Source of the DNA: Octopus sinensis
Taxonomy: Eukaryota
Direction of reading: 5' to 3'
Length of the DNA stretch: 64,000 nt
NCBI RefSeq assembly: GCF_006345805.1
Contig: NC_043016.1
Coordinates: forward strand, 27,900,001-27,964,000
Shown here: piece by piece, positions 13,849 through 26,300 of the stretch
Position numbering within the stretch: position 1 is the stretch's first letter
Layout of the letters: the number at the start of each line of letters is the position of its first letter
Program-made: the position numbers and the translations under genes
Notes under the pieces: generated by a model
Databases searched by the model: none
What the model was told of the DNA's origin: nothing
Seen by the model: the letters and a program-made list of their open reading frames with translations, nothing else

Positions 13849-14579
13849 CCCATTTATGAATAGCCCTCATTCGTTGGACAATAAACCTTGCTTGTGAAAA
13901 CCTACTGAGGCAAATGAAATCAAAATCAAAATTGCTGACATGGCTGACGACAGTGCTGCGTGATTGGCACTCGTGCCAGTGGAAGGTTAAAAGCACATCT
14001 GAACGTGGGGTGTAACCGGCCCACTTATGAGTACCCCTCATTCATTGGACAATGAATTTTGCTTGCAAAGACCTATTGAGGCAAGTGAAAACAAATCAAA
14101 ATCACTGATGTAGCCAATGACAGTACTGTCTGATTGGCACTCATGCCAGTGGAACATTAAAAGAAGTATATCCAAACATGATTGTTGCCAGGGTCACGGA
14201 TTGGCTGCCGTGCTGGTGACACATGAAAAGCACCATTCGAGCGTGATTGTTGCCAGCGTCGCCTTATCAGCACGTGCCAGTGGCACGTGAAAAACAGCAT
14301 TCGAGCATGGTTGTTGTCAGTGCCACCGGACTGGCTTCGTGCAGGTAACAAGTAAAAACACCTTTTGAGCGTGGTTGTTGCCAGAACCGCCTGACTGGCC
14401 CTCATGCCAGTGGCACGTAAAAAGCACCCACTACACTCTCGGAGTGGTTGGCGTTAGGAAGGGCATCCGGCTGTAGAAACTTTGCCAGATCAGATTGGAG
14501 CCTGGTGCAGCCTTCTGGCTCACCAGTCCTCAAACCGTCCAACCCATGCCAGCATGGAAAGTGGACGTTAAACAATGAT
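13849..14579 (+). repeat. RTE-type 3' UTR with a roughly 172-bp tandem duplication and roughly 65-bp tandem units
   Basis: Repeated gccagtggcacgtaaaaagcacc cores, then the ggcgttaggaagggcatcc..ctgtagaaac tail; related tails near 1303-1660(-), 9290-9420, 26150-26300 and 31380-31530(-). Confidence 0.75.
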
Positions 14580-14589
14580 ACATACATAC

Positions 14590-14656
<67 letters not shown>

Positions 14657-14699
14657 ATATATTAATAAATAAAACATATGCATATATATATATACATAT

Positions 14700-15206
14700 A
14701 TGTACGTACCTACCTCTACATGTATATATACACGCATATATGAGTACAGGGCACCAAAAAAACGTCGAACACAATGAGAAACGAAAACATAGACACAAAA
14801 CCAAGGAACTGGACATTTTTCTTAAACAACAAAAAAATAGAGTACAGGACAAATAACACAAGGAAAAAAACCCCTTCTTCAGTCGCCATGGTTTCATCTA
14901 CTCTACGTTTCGAGGGTGAAGGCGAGACGTATCTTCGATAGAAACTTTCCTTCCTGCGAAAAGCAAATCAAATAAAATTTGAGATCTTTTTGCAGAGGGG
15001 TAAAAATGGTAACAAAAACAGGACAGTAACGACAGAACAAGGAAAATAACAAGACAAGAAGGGCTGTTAAGCCGTAAACACATAAATGTGAAAAGAGGTG
15101 GAAAAAAGAGTACTCAAATACCAGTGGTAGAGTAATATGCTTTATTTAAAGCAGCAGAAAATTCAACAAAACAGGTTTTGTTGAATTTTCTGCTGCTTTA
15201 AATAAA

Positions 15207-15207
<1 letters not shown>
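14700..15207 (-). mobile_element. Penelope-like element terminal-repeat fragments between TA microsatellites
   Basis: Degenerate hammerhead-like core at 14891-14945(-) and an inverted terminal duplication at 15140-15207; a similar piece at about 8675-8856. Confidence 0.5.
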
Positions 15208-15253
<46 letters not shown>

Positions 15254-15272
15254 ATAATATATATATATATAT

Positions 15273-15679
15273 GGCAATCTTTCGTCTCTAGTTGACCTTT
15301 CCGTAAAAAACTTCTTTTTTTTACACATGGGCTTGCGGGAACTTTTGAAGTAATGAGAGCGAAAGAGACTAAGAGAAAGCGATTGTATGACGAGGGAAGT
15401 TCTTTTCAAGTTACCGTGCATGGGAGCATTGATGGACATGTGTGTGTGTGTTTGATGGGGTGTGGGAGACAGACAGTATGTTGTGTAAGTGAAGTGCTTC
15501 TGTTAGTGTGTGTGAAGAGACAGAGTAATGTGTGAAAGAAAGAGATAACTGAAATTTTTTACTCGGTGTATGTGTATATGTATGTATATTACTTCAAAAG
15601 TTCCCGCAAGCCCATATGTAAAAAAAAAAAAAAATTTACGGAAATCGACGGAAAGGTCTACTAGAGACGAAAGATCGCC
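15273..15679. mobile_element. MITE with about 80-bp terminal inverted repeats
   Basis: GGCAATCTTTCGTCTCTAG...CTTTTGAAGTAAT (15273-15354) is mirrored at 15588-15679; TSD not evident. Confidence 0.8.
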
Positions 15680-15858
15680 TCCTTTTAGTTCTCAGGAGTT
15701 AAAGGAAGGGAAGTCAACTTTGCTCTGCAATTATTGAAAAGTGAGTGCATTGATGGAGTGATAGATAGATTCCAACACGTTATCTAAATAAACACACTGC
15801 GAACAAATTAATTTGATAACGAATGGCAGTAGTTGTCTCATTAAACTTTTATGCTAAC

Positions 15859-15991
15859 TCAAATCTTCAGGCACGCGTTGTGTCAAGATGCCGGTAGGTT
15901 GTTGAATATCAGACATTACTGAAATCGTTTCAATAGCTAAACTTGTACACTTTTTCTTACTGGTGATTGGTAGATTTACTAATTTCGACAT
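15859..15991 (-). CDS. Tentative first coding exon of a small divergent gene (MSKLVNLP...MSDIQQPTGILTQRVPEDL)
   Basis: 44 open codons plus 1 nt, GA|gttagc phase-1 donor; non-repetitive CpG-rich context; no recognised homology. Confidence 0.3.
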
Positions 15992-18908
15992 CTGTCCTAA
16001 GTTCAGCTATATGGCTATCGTAGCTGGAATTCTAAGGCATTAGGGTGTAAATTCACCTGATTATTCTTTTTACTATCAAAACCTGTTCTCTATCTTTTTG
16101 CCTTCTACACACATTACACGAAAAGAAAACAAAAGGACAAAATCGGATTTAAAAATTCTCCACATGTAAAAAAAAAAAGTATCTGAGTATTCTTTTGAGA
16201 GTAAGAAAGACTTGATGTAAATAAGATTGTGTATGTGTGTTTGTGTATATATGTGCGTGTGCGTGTGTGCATGTATACGTGTTCAAGGCATGCGTTTGCG
16301 CGTACACGCGTAAAAGCGCGCGCTTGTTAGGAGTTGGTAAGAAAATTGTCGGAAGAGAATTAAATGAAGAATGTCATAATTATATTTAGTAGTTTCACAT
16401 ATATATATATCTGTTTGATTTCACAAGTACACACACACACACGTCCTCTTACTCATTCTTTTCAAATTACCTTAACCAGTGTTAATGCACCAAAACACAG
16501 TTTAATCGCAATCAGTTAAAACCCAATCATTAAGATTTCAGCTCTGTCAAGGTTTATTCAGGATATTAAAACAACTGAACAAACGAAAAGGAATATCTTT
16601 TTCTTTTAAGATGCTCAGTTTATTAAATAAAATAATAAGTGTTGATAACATTTTCCTTATCGAGGAAATGAAAGAAAAATACGAAGGCAAATTTTTAAAA
16701 AATATTGTAAATGATTCCGAATATTTAATTCTCAGGCAACAAAAATCATATTTTTAAAATTTATTAATTTGAAATGTGATTGAACGAAACATTTTAATCG
16801 CAATACATTTTACTTTCACTTTACCGTCTTAAACCCAACAATCTTTCAATTTATTTCCTTGTCAAGAACTTTGTGCTGCAGCGAAACTTTCTACTTGGCA
16901 TATATGTTTTATATTTGCTAATTATTTAATAATAGCATAAAAATCTAAGGTAAGTTATATTTACTTTACAACATTGAATATTTCGTTTGTATGGTAGAAG
17001 ATGATTTTACAGTAAGAATCCAAATGGTGAAAAGTTTGAAGTTCCTAAGCTAGAAGACTTAAATGAGTGAATTATATTCTTTATCTGTTTTAAAGTCTGT
17101 CACCCGTTTGTACACCCCTGATTTAATATAAACATACATAAACTATACATACATACGTCCACCTATATCTATATATCATACATTAGGGTATTTAAAAGGG
17201 TGATTTGCATGTATAGATGTACTTGAGGTAGAGAAATAGATAGAAAGTGTAAGGTCAGATTTTTGATGCTGGACCTCATCTTATCTAAGATGACAAAGGA
17301 CGTAGATAGCCGTTGAATGGCAAATTCGTCCTACGTAATTCGAGTAATGAAAATAGACACTTAAAAACATATATACACATTTATCAGCTTTTTATGTAAC
17401 TGTTTTCTTAATGTCTGCATGTGCTGCACAATATATCTATATATTTATAATGAATGTGTATATATTTCAGGCGTCTTTCGATTGATTTCAATTTCATGTC
17501 TATTTTACCATATGAAAGCCTGAGCAACAACTACTAATCATATACAATAAAGGATGTCGCAATAATACTGTACCTGTTAGTTGATAAGCCAATGTGTAAA
17601 TACCAACAGTGGTATGTATATGCAATTGGAGTTTAGATATGCACTAAACTTGACAGAAAAAAAATTACTATCCAATAAAATTGCGTACAAAAATGGTAGT
17701 AAAACAACAAAAACTTGTCGATTTAATTGATTAATAAGAGATAATCATTTTAGTTATGTCACCTACGTGGTTGGCGCCGAAAAAGTATTTTTCTTGCAGC
17801 TAGTTCAATGACTAACTGAAGTGTCTGAAACTTATGCCACGCGGTTTATTTAAGACTCGGATGTGGAGAGAGAAAAAAACTATATTATCATAAGCGATCT
17901 TCAACAAATGTTAACATTAGGACAGGAATAAAAATATTAAAACATACTTATCCTGGCGAAATTAAAATTATAAATTAATTGAAAATAAATCGTCATACTA
18001 GGGAACCACCTGAACATATTTAATTATATTTAAAAAAAGATTTCCACCTTCGTACTGCCTGTCCTATCATTGGCGGTCTTTTTGCATACAAATTCACTAT
18101 GAAACTCATTGTTCAAAGAATATAGATTTAAATAAATGTTGGATATACATCTATGTAATTGTTGATGGGAAATAATCAAAGAAAAAATCCATCGCTTGGT
18201 CTGATTCGGACTTGCACTTTATAGTAAGTGAAACATCTGATCGATAACATAACAATACTATCATTAGTAAACAAAAACTTACATCTAGGTATTTATTTGA
18301 ATTTAAAAAAAAGGTATATAATTGAAATAATATTTCAGAAATCTATTATTAAAATATACAGTAGCCAATGTTGAAATAAAAGTGCAATGCTAAAAATCTT
18401 TGACGAACATTCTCACAAACATTTGTTGGAAATTGGTTTAAATTCCTAATAGAAAAGAAAAACAATAGAGAAAAATTGATGGACTATGTTTAAAAAACAG
18501 TGAAGAATTCGGTTAGCAACGCAAACAAGTTGTTGATGGTATGATCTATAGTGAGCCTAGGGGAATGTCTGGGCATCGCTCGTTGTTCGGTCTATCCAAT
18601 TCTCCTAAAAGAGATATGTGTACACAAACACACACATACATACATACACACACACAAACACACATTTCTCTCTGTCTCTCTCTCTCTCTCATTGATATAC
18701 TGTCGCTGTGTCAGTCTGCATATAATTCCATAGTAAAAAAGTGTCATATTACTTGAGAATATTAATTAATAGCAATTGATATTCAAAATAAGGTGGATTG
18801 CTTCAGAGTTATGCGTATAACGATCCGTATAAAAACAATCGTAGAATGAAAAAACGAACAGCGCGGATGGTTTATAGTATTTGCTTTCCGTCCGTGGCAT
18901 AAGGAACA

Positions 18909-18983
18909 ATGGAAATTGTCTCAGACGAGCGAACTTATACCGAAGACGTTAGCCCAGATTCTAAGCTTCAAAATTCACCTCAA
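18909..18983 (+). CDS. EIF4G: Candidate alternative first coding exon of eIF4G (MEIVSDERTYTEDVSPDSKLQNSPQ)
   Basis: acaATGG start context, 25 open codons, CAA|gtaggt phase-0 donor that joins in frame to the exon at 37772; lies in the CpG-rich zone. Confidence 0.5.
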
Positions 18984-19609
18984 GTAGGTTTATTTTAATG
19001 TGCTTCTACCTGCGAAGTCTTTATGTTATTTAGTTGGCTATGCCACTCCTTTTGAGTGGTATATTCTCTTCAACTGTTTTCTATCCCGTGTTGACTGTAT
19101 TCAGTCAATATACCTTTTTTTTTTAAACTACAGTTGTTTTTTCAGTTTAACATTTTAAAATATTACGTATATGTCTATTTGAGTCTGTACAGCTTGATCG
19201 TTTTGTTTTTCTTTTATTTAAACAAAAATAAATTACAGCTAACTTTTCATGTGCTCTATTATTCATGCCACCTTTATAGTTTGCATTAAATAAGGTTGTT
19301 CGTCCAACATTCCCTACCGTAATGAATGATCTAAATATTTAAGTTTTTAACTCGTAATTTTCTTCCCGCTCTTGTGAACTTCGTCTCAATGTGTGATTTA
19401 TTTTTTGTTATATTCAATGAACCTGTTGAGTAATTTATAATCCCAATTTATAGATTCGAAAACGGAATTTTTAACACGTGATACTCTGATAATAAAATAT
19501 CACCTTTATCGATATGCTGTTTATGTTTCATTTTATTTCGTATTTTCTTCGTTACTATGAAAAATCAATCACCTGAAAAATAGGCTATTAAATATATTTC
19601 TCTAATAAA

Positions 19610-19656
<47 letters not shown>

Positions 19657-19955
19657 ATATATATTGCATATATATTATATATGTGTATATTACATATGCA
19701 TGCATACATATATGTATGTATAAAATATGGTGTGTGTGGAGAGAGAGGGTTGCTTAATAGATTCAACCAAAGCTGTTATAATCCAACTGCTTGAACCTTG
19801 ATTCATGTTTAAAATAAAAAAAAAATTATGCGAATTGTAATTTTCATTTTATCTTTATATTTATAAATTAAGGTTTATTATATAGAGAAGTTTTTTTTTT
19901 TTTTTTTTTGTATCAAATTTAGAATTAACAGGGGGAGATAATTACTGGATGATAT

Positions 19956-20090
19956 CCGGAAGTATTTCTCTGGGACGGAAATAGCCGAAGAATTTCTCTT
20001 CACAAACAGAATCGGTAGCCATATTGACCATTAGCCGAAAAAAAATCACTGTCCATCCAAGCTTTTCCCGTGTTAAGTAAAATAGTTATT
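19956..20090 (+). promoter_or_regulatory. Probable promoter and non-coding first exon of eIF4G
   Basis: ETS-type CCGGAAGT at 19956-19963, ACGGAAAT at 19975, YY1-like AGCCATATTG at 20017-20026, no ATG, consensus gtaagt donor at 20091; DRE-like TATCGATA at 19507-19514 upstream. Confidence 0.5.
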
Positions 20091-23000
20091 GTAAGTATAC
20101 GAGTCCATGCTCTCTGGTTTGTAATTGCACTAAATTTTTGTTTGGTCACATGAATTAGAAACGTTGATCGGTACCGAAACGAGTTATATCTTCTATATTT
20201 ACTATTACGTCAAGGCCTGGGCCGCAACACGGGAATTTTTTTCCTATCGTGAATACGTGTCTCATTCTCTATAGCTTTGTTATTTGTCGCTGCTTATGCT
20301 AGTAAGCATTATCGCTTATTTTTCACTAATAAATTCTTGTTTGATTGTTTGAAATCTGTTTCGCTATACATACCTATTTATATATTTTTTACTTTTATTT
20401 TTACCACATGGATCCTTTCCTAGCTTTCTTATACCGGCTTGATCATTTTACAGCAGATTATTGTATTAATTGCTTTTTCGTTTTAATTAGAATTGTTTCA
20501 GTTCCATGTATTATTGAATCAGTTGTTGCACATATGCTTGTTTTGTGATTAATCAGTATGTTAAGTATTGATGTCGAGGGAAACGAGTTCAAGTCTCGTT
20601 GCCAGCTGTACGCTTTTCCAGATATAGACCTGTAGATTAGTAAAGCCAAATTTAAAATGAACTGTTGAACCAGTTTAGTCTGGAGGATAAGACTCAAATT
20701 TAATACAATTATTTCTTTTTTCTTTTTTTTTTCTCACTTGGAAATTGTCTTAAGATTTGTCTTGCAACATTTCTTTTGTTATATATACATATATATATAT
20801 TACAAAAATCCATAATACTAAATTATATTTTAGTAGGCGGTGCCAGCGATTTTATATTATGTCTTTCACTGCGTCTCTGCCGGGTTGTTTTCACAAAAAT
20901 ACTTAAGCGTTCTGCAGTGTAATCTCTTATTCATATACATACTTTACGCTCGCACACACACACAATATAATACACATATATATAGAGAGAGAGAATATGT
21001 ATGTATGTATATATATATATATATATATATTATAATTGTGTAGACTGGTGGTGGGGGGAAGAAACTAATTTCATTATTACTTGATTTATTGTAGACCCCA
21101 CGTCTCAAAATCTTTATTAGAACACGTACGCACACACGATTTCTCTATCATGGCTTCTTTGGCATGACCTAATGTGTTGTAAGGCGCTAGTTATTCTGTC
21201 TAATAACAGAGCAGGTTCGATCTTATTGCAGCTAAAAGAATATTTAGCTCACCTGTAGTCGAGATAGATGTTAACACGTTGGATAATGAAAATGCTGGCC
21301 TCTTGATTTATTGTTCGATTCATATATATATATATATATGTGCGTGTGTATATATAATGCCGGTACTACCTAGATTGGCAGAAATTTGTGTGGAGCTGCT
21401 AACTAGTTAGACATGTTCTGTGTCGAAAGAGTATATTCGATTTAGTCGTAGTTTTAAACTGGAATAATGAATACCATTTTTGTTTAGATCAACTGATTTT
21501 ACACACACACACACATATATATGTATGTATAATGTGCGTGTGTGTAATATACGATTTCTAGTTGAATGCTTGTGATAAATATTCTAGTTGTATAGTAGAA
21601 TAGTAATACTGTCATTATTGACTCACATTTGTTCGATGTTTGTTTAAATTTATACCCTGTAATGTTCATATTTCATTTCAACGTATTTCTTTTATTCCGT
21701 TAAGGTAAAATTTCACATTCCTTTTTATCCCCTTTTATTCGAGAATTGAAAAAAAAAAAATTACAATGTTAAAAGAAAAGGTAGCTCCTAAAATTTTTTA
21801 TTTTAATTTTTACTGTTTTAATTTTGTAATTTAAATAATTCAAATATTCTTTTCAAAGAACGTTAATCAATGATTTTCATTTGCAGTAATTCTTATACAT
21901 TGATACAAATTTTGCTATCCTTATTGTTACATTTGTTATAGGTGAAATACAAATAAATTTATTAGTTGTCTGGTTAAAGATGAATTGAGAAAGATGTTTC
22001 GATAAAATGTTTGTAATTAAATTCTAATTAAACTATTCATTTGAGATCCTGTCGTGCTCTTATTCAATTTAATTCGAAGTTGATCTCTACATCTGAAGAC
22101 AAAACTTTTCTCTTGTTGGAATTGGATATAATGTCCATAAACTGCAAAAAGATGGGTGGGGCTTAGAGATCTGTTAATTTTTTTTAATTTATTTAACATG
22201 GACATATTTCCTGGAATTAAAATCCAGTGTGTCAGCTTAACAATCATAAAAATGAAACCAAAAGTGCGACAGATCGAAGGCATTAAGCTATTTAAAACTA
22301 AAACCCCAGTACAACCTTTCTAAATGACCGTGTAAATTACTCTTGAAGCCTTAAGATAAGCAAATGTTTTAAGTATCAATTTCGTAATTTGGCCGTGAAA
22401 TGCTTGCTTAGCTTTTTTTTTTTGTTACAAGTAAGGTATAAGCCTTTTTAGGGTCTTATTTATCTCAATATCTTTTGATTTACGACAGACTTACCCATAC
22501 ACAAATTATACATGAATAACAGTTTATTTCTATCACTGAGTATGTGTAATTAGAATAAATATTTATGTAATTTAAACAAAAATCTTAATATTTTAAAATA
22601 TTTACGTAATTTGAGTGTTTAAAGAAACTTTCTTTATTCACTGACGTATGGAAAGTAAACGGGATCAGTAATCACACATACGTAATGAAAATTTTTAAAG
22701 CTTGTTTCATGTTTTTGTGAAATTTAAGAATGTATGAACTAGGTAGTTGAGCGCAGTTTTTGTTTTTGAAAGTTACGCAATTATATAGTTAAATTCCCTG
22801 TGAGTTTTATGTAATGTTTTGGTCCACAATAATACAAACTGGATCATTATGGTGTGACCTTTTTAGATTTTAAATTACTCGAAGATGCTATTAATATTTT
22901 CAGATGTATTTGTATATGTGTAAAATAACTCGCATTTTGGATGTATTAAAGAAATATGCTAGTATCCTTATTCCGGTTGACGGGGGTCATTTTTAGCAAC

Positions 23001-25619
23001 ATGCACTTTCATGTCATGTTGTTGATCTCCTCAAAGCACTGATCCCAAATATCTTGTGAAAGCTAAAATTTTCAAAAAATGTGTATTGTTTAACAGTTAG
23101 TAAAAACTGCAGGTAGTCATAATAGCCAAATATATAATTCTGGGAGATGAATTTTAAGAATGTTCTCATTTATGGAGGCTTATGACAAATGTGCAAGATC
23201 AGAGGTACAATTGCTTTAAATCTTTACAGACAACTGTTCATTGTAGTTTAAACATTTTTGTTACCATGTCAATCTTGAAATTAATGAAGAACATTGTCAT
23301 TAAGCTGGTTTTTGGGATATTAATTATGTGAAGTTTTGATGGAAGGTTTTAATTTAGATCACTTTAAAATGAGCAGTTTGTATTACAAAACTGAGGGTGG
23401 CCTCAGATGGATTGGTATCAAGAGTTACTTTTTGTATTAGTGAAAATTTTTCATGTTAAAAGGATAATTGTGAACCAGTTTCACTTGTTTGTGTTATTTA
23501 TTTCTTAGATTTTTGCTTTATCAATGTTATACAATTGGAAAGTTAATTGCTGGGGTTGGTCATACTTTTCCATTAACTTTTGATAACCAGTCTAAACAGT
23601 ATTTACTTCAATTAAGTTACATTCTGTAAAGCTGATTTAATGTAATTACACACCATTTTTTAATGCCTTCTAACTTGGTTACTGTGAATTAATTTTGATA
23701 GTTCTATGATTGAGATGGTTAAGCCTATTTGTAAAATGGTTGCTTAGGAAAAATAGCACATCTTGAAACCCAAATAAATGCAATTGAGGAAGGACCTAGC
23801 AATATAAGTAAATGTTTGGGGAAAACACCAAATCACTAAAAGTTACAGGAAATAGAGCGGAAAACATTGTTTTAAGGGTAATGAATATAAATTGGGTATA
23901 ATGTTTTGATGTGTGTGCTCCTTTGTAAAATATTCAGTCCTTGTAGGTGGAAAATATAATTTTATGGTGATGACCATTGTAGACATTGCCTCCTTAAGAT
24001 ATTTATACTTTGCAATACTATAAAATGTACATGGTATAAGTCAATGGAGAAATAACTGAAATAACTTTACATGTTCAATATTATTTGAAACTAAGCTTTA
24101 AAACAAAGGATATAAAGAAATTATTTTCTCTGTAGTAAAATCTGTTGTCAACATAAAAATAGATAAGTCTTGATACAACAACGAACCTCGTAATCCACGA
24201 AGACCTTGTTTTATGTCAACAGACAAGATAGGTCTTTTTGTGTACTTAAATTTTAAGTTTTGCTTAAATTTTAATGTATAAAACATGTCTTTCTGCTTGT
24301 CAGATATCCAACTGAGTTGTAGCTTGTTCTTTGGTACTAAGGAACTTGCTGTTTCATTGCCATTTAACATTTGGCTTTTTCTTCAAAGCATAATCTTTAG
24401 ACAGCAAATTTTTCTTTTATTGCTAGAAATTTTTTATAAAAATTTTGTTTCACAGCTACATATAGTATAACCTGTGTAAGAACGGTAATAGAAATTGATG
24501 AATTAAAGGATTGCATTGTTAATTATCAGTTCCTTAAGACAGACGTACAAGTAAATTGGTTTGTCTATCCTTTTGTTAATAATCCTTTGATTGCCTTGAA
24601 TGTATTTAGGCGATAATGACTAGCACCCAGTCATTATCGGCTTGAGGACACATACTGCTAGCCCCTACATAAAAGTGAAATATTGGCCAAGATATATAGT
24701 GTGTATTCCAATTTAATGGATATATCCTAAATGCTAATTTGCATGTGTGTGTGAACACATGCATATTCACTGGTTTAAACTCCATTTTCCTGTATTTGGA
24801 TTAGTCTGGTAAAATTTTGACAGATTTTCTACTGTTGGATGCTCTACCATACATTGCATGATGTAAAGGCAAGGTAACAGTAACATGTATATTTATGACG
24901 GGCTTCTTTTAGTTTCCATCTACCTGTTCCATTCACAAGGCTTCTGTCAGCCCAGGGCTGTAGTAGAAGACAATTGCCCGAGATGTGCAGTTGAACTGAA
25001 AATGTGGTTGTGAAGGAAGCTTTTTACCACATAACTACACTTGCATTTGTCTCCTACAACAGCCCTGGGCTAACTAGCTTTGTGATTGGATTTGGAAAAA
25101 ACTGAAAGAAGCTCATTGCACATACATTGTCTTTGTCTCCCACCACTGGTAGACAAAAGGAAACCGATAGAATGTTTTGAAATTGAAAGAAGCCAGTTTC
25201 TCTTTCTAGAGAATGAATTATAGTTGTAAACGAGGAAGGTTGCATGTAGTGTTTGGTTACAATCTTCCTTGACATGATTAGCTATGAAGAAATAATACCT
25301 TGATTGAAAATAGGTGAGTTGGCAACAAAAAGGACATCTGGCTGTAAAAAAAAATTGCTTGCTCAATATCATTTAGTTCTTGCAATCATTGAAAACTAGA
25401 TGTTAAAATGATGTTACACCAAGATCATTTTCAACATCCAGTTTTTTAACCTTGCCTGGCTTAGTTTGTGATTGGATTCCCTTCCTGTTGCCAACAAGAT
25501 TATTACCATGTTTCTGAGCATTCATAATCCTCTAGTATCAAACAGCTAGAAAGACATATTAGGAAGCCTGGGTGTACTGTCATGTTTGACTGCAAACATA
25601 CAAGACCTGTATTGGTAGT

Positions 25620-26300
25620 GAGGCTGTTTTTGCTAAGCTTGAAAGATAGGAAGCCAGTATGCTTCGCTGGATGTGCAATGTGTGTATATTCGATAGTGTA
25701 AGCATCTTGAGAGAAAAGTTAGGCATAAGAGGAATTAGATGTGGTGTGCAAGAGAAACCCCTTCACTGGTATGGTCATGTAATGCATATGGACTAGGACA
25801 GCTGTGTAAAGTGCCAATCAATGTGGAGGGAACCGTTGGTAGAAGTAGACCCAGGAAGACAGGACAAGGTTGTGAAGCATGGTCTTCAAACTTTGAGTCT
25901 CACAGTCAATGACTGGTGATTGAAACCTTTGGCAATATGCTGTACTTGAGAGGACCTGTCAAGCCAAGTGCACCTATGCTGGTGGCATGTAAAGAACATC
26001 TTTTGAATGTTGTGCCTGAAGGAGGCAAAGTGGCCGAGTTCCTTAATGTTGGGTCTCATGGAGGCAATGACCAAGACCTTGGGCATTGTCATGCTTCAAT
26101 AGACCCACCAAGCTGAGCAAAATCCTAGTCATGGCAGATATTGTTGTCACACAAATTGGCACATAAAAAGAACCCATTACACTTGGAGTGGTTGACAATA
26201 GGAAGGGCATCCAGCCATAGAAAAACATGCCAAGTCAGACTGGAGTCTGGTGTGGCCATCCAGCGTGCCAGCATGGACAAAGGACATTAAATGATGTTGA
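25620..26300 (+). mobile_element. RTE LINE 3' fragment
   Basis: Same decayed RT C-terminus as 12234-12600 (SMLRWMC...LREKLG...WYGHVM...RPRK) plus tail; an antisense remnant lies at about 33150-33560. Confidence 0.75.

Noticed and set aside
14140-14430. Roughly 65-bp periodic repeat with a conserved core as a CRISPR-like array
   Set aside because: The between-core segments are homologous to one another, and the block is part of a dispersed RTE 3' UTR.
14402-14897. Overlapping 70-110 aa ORFs
   Set aside because: They span an RTE tail, (TA)n and a repeat fragment.
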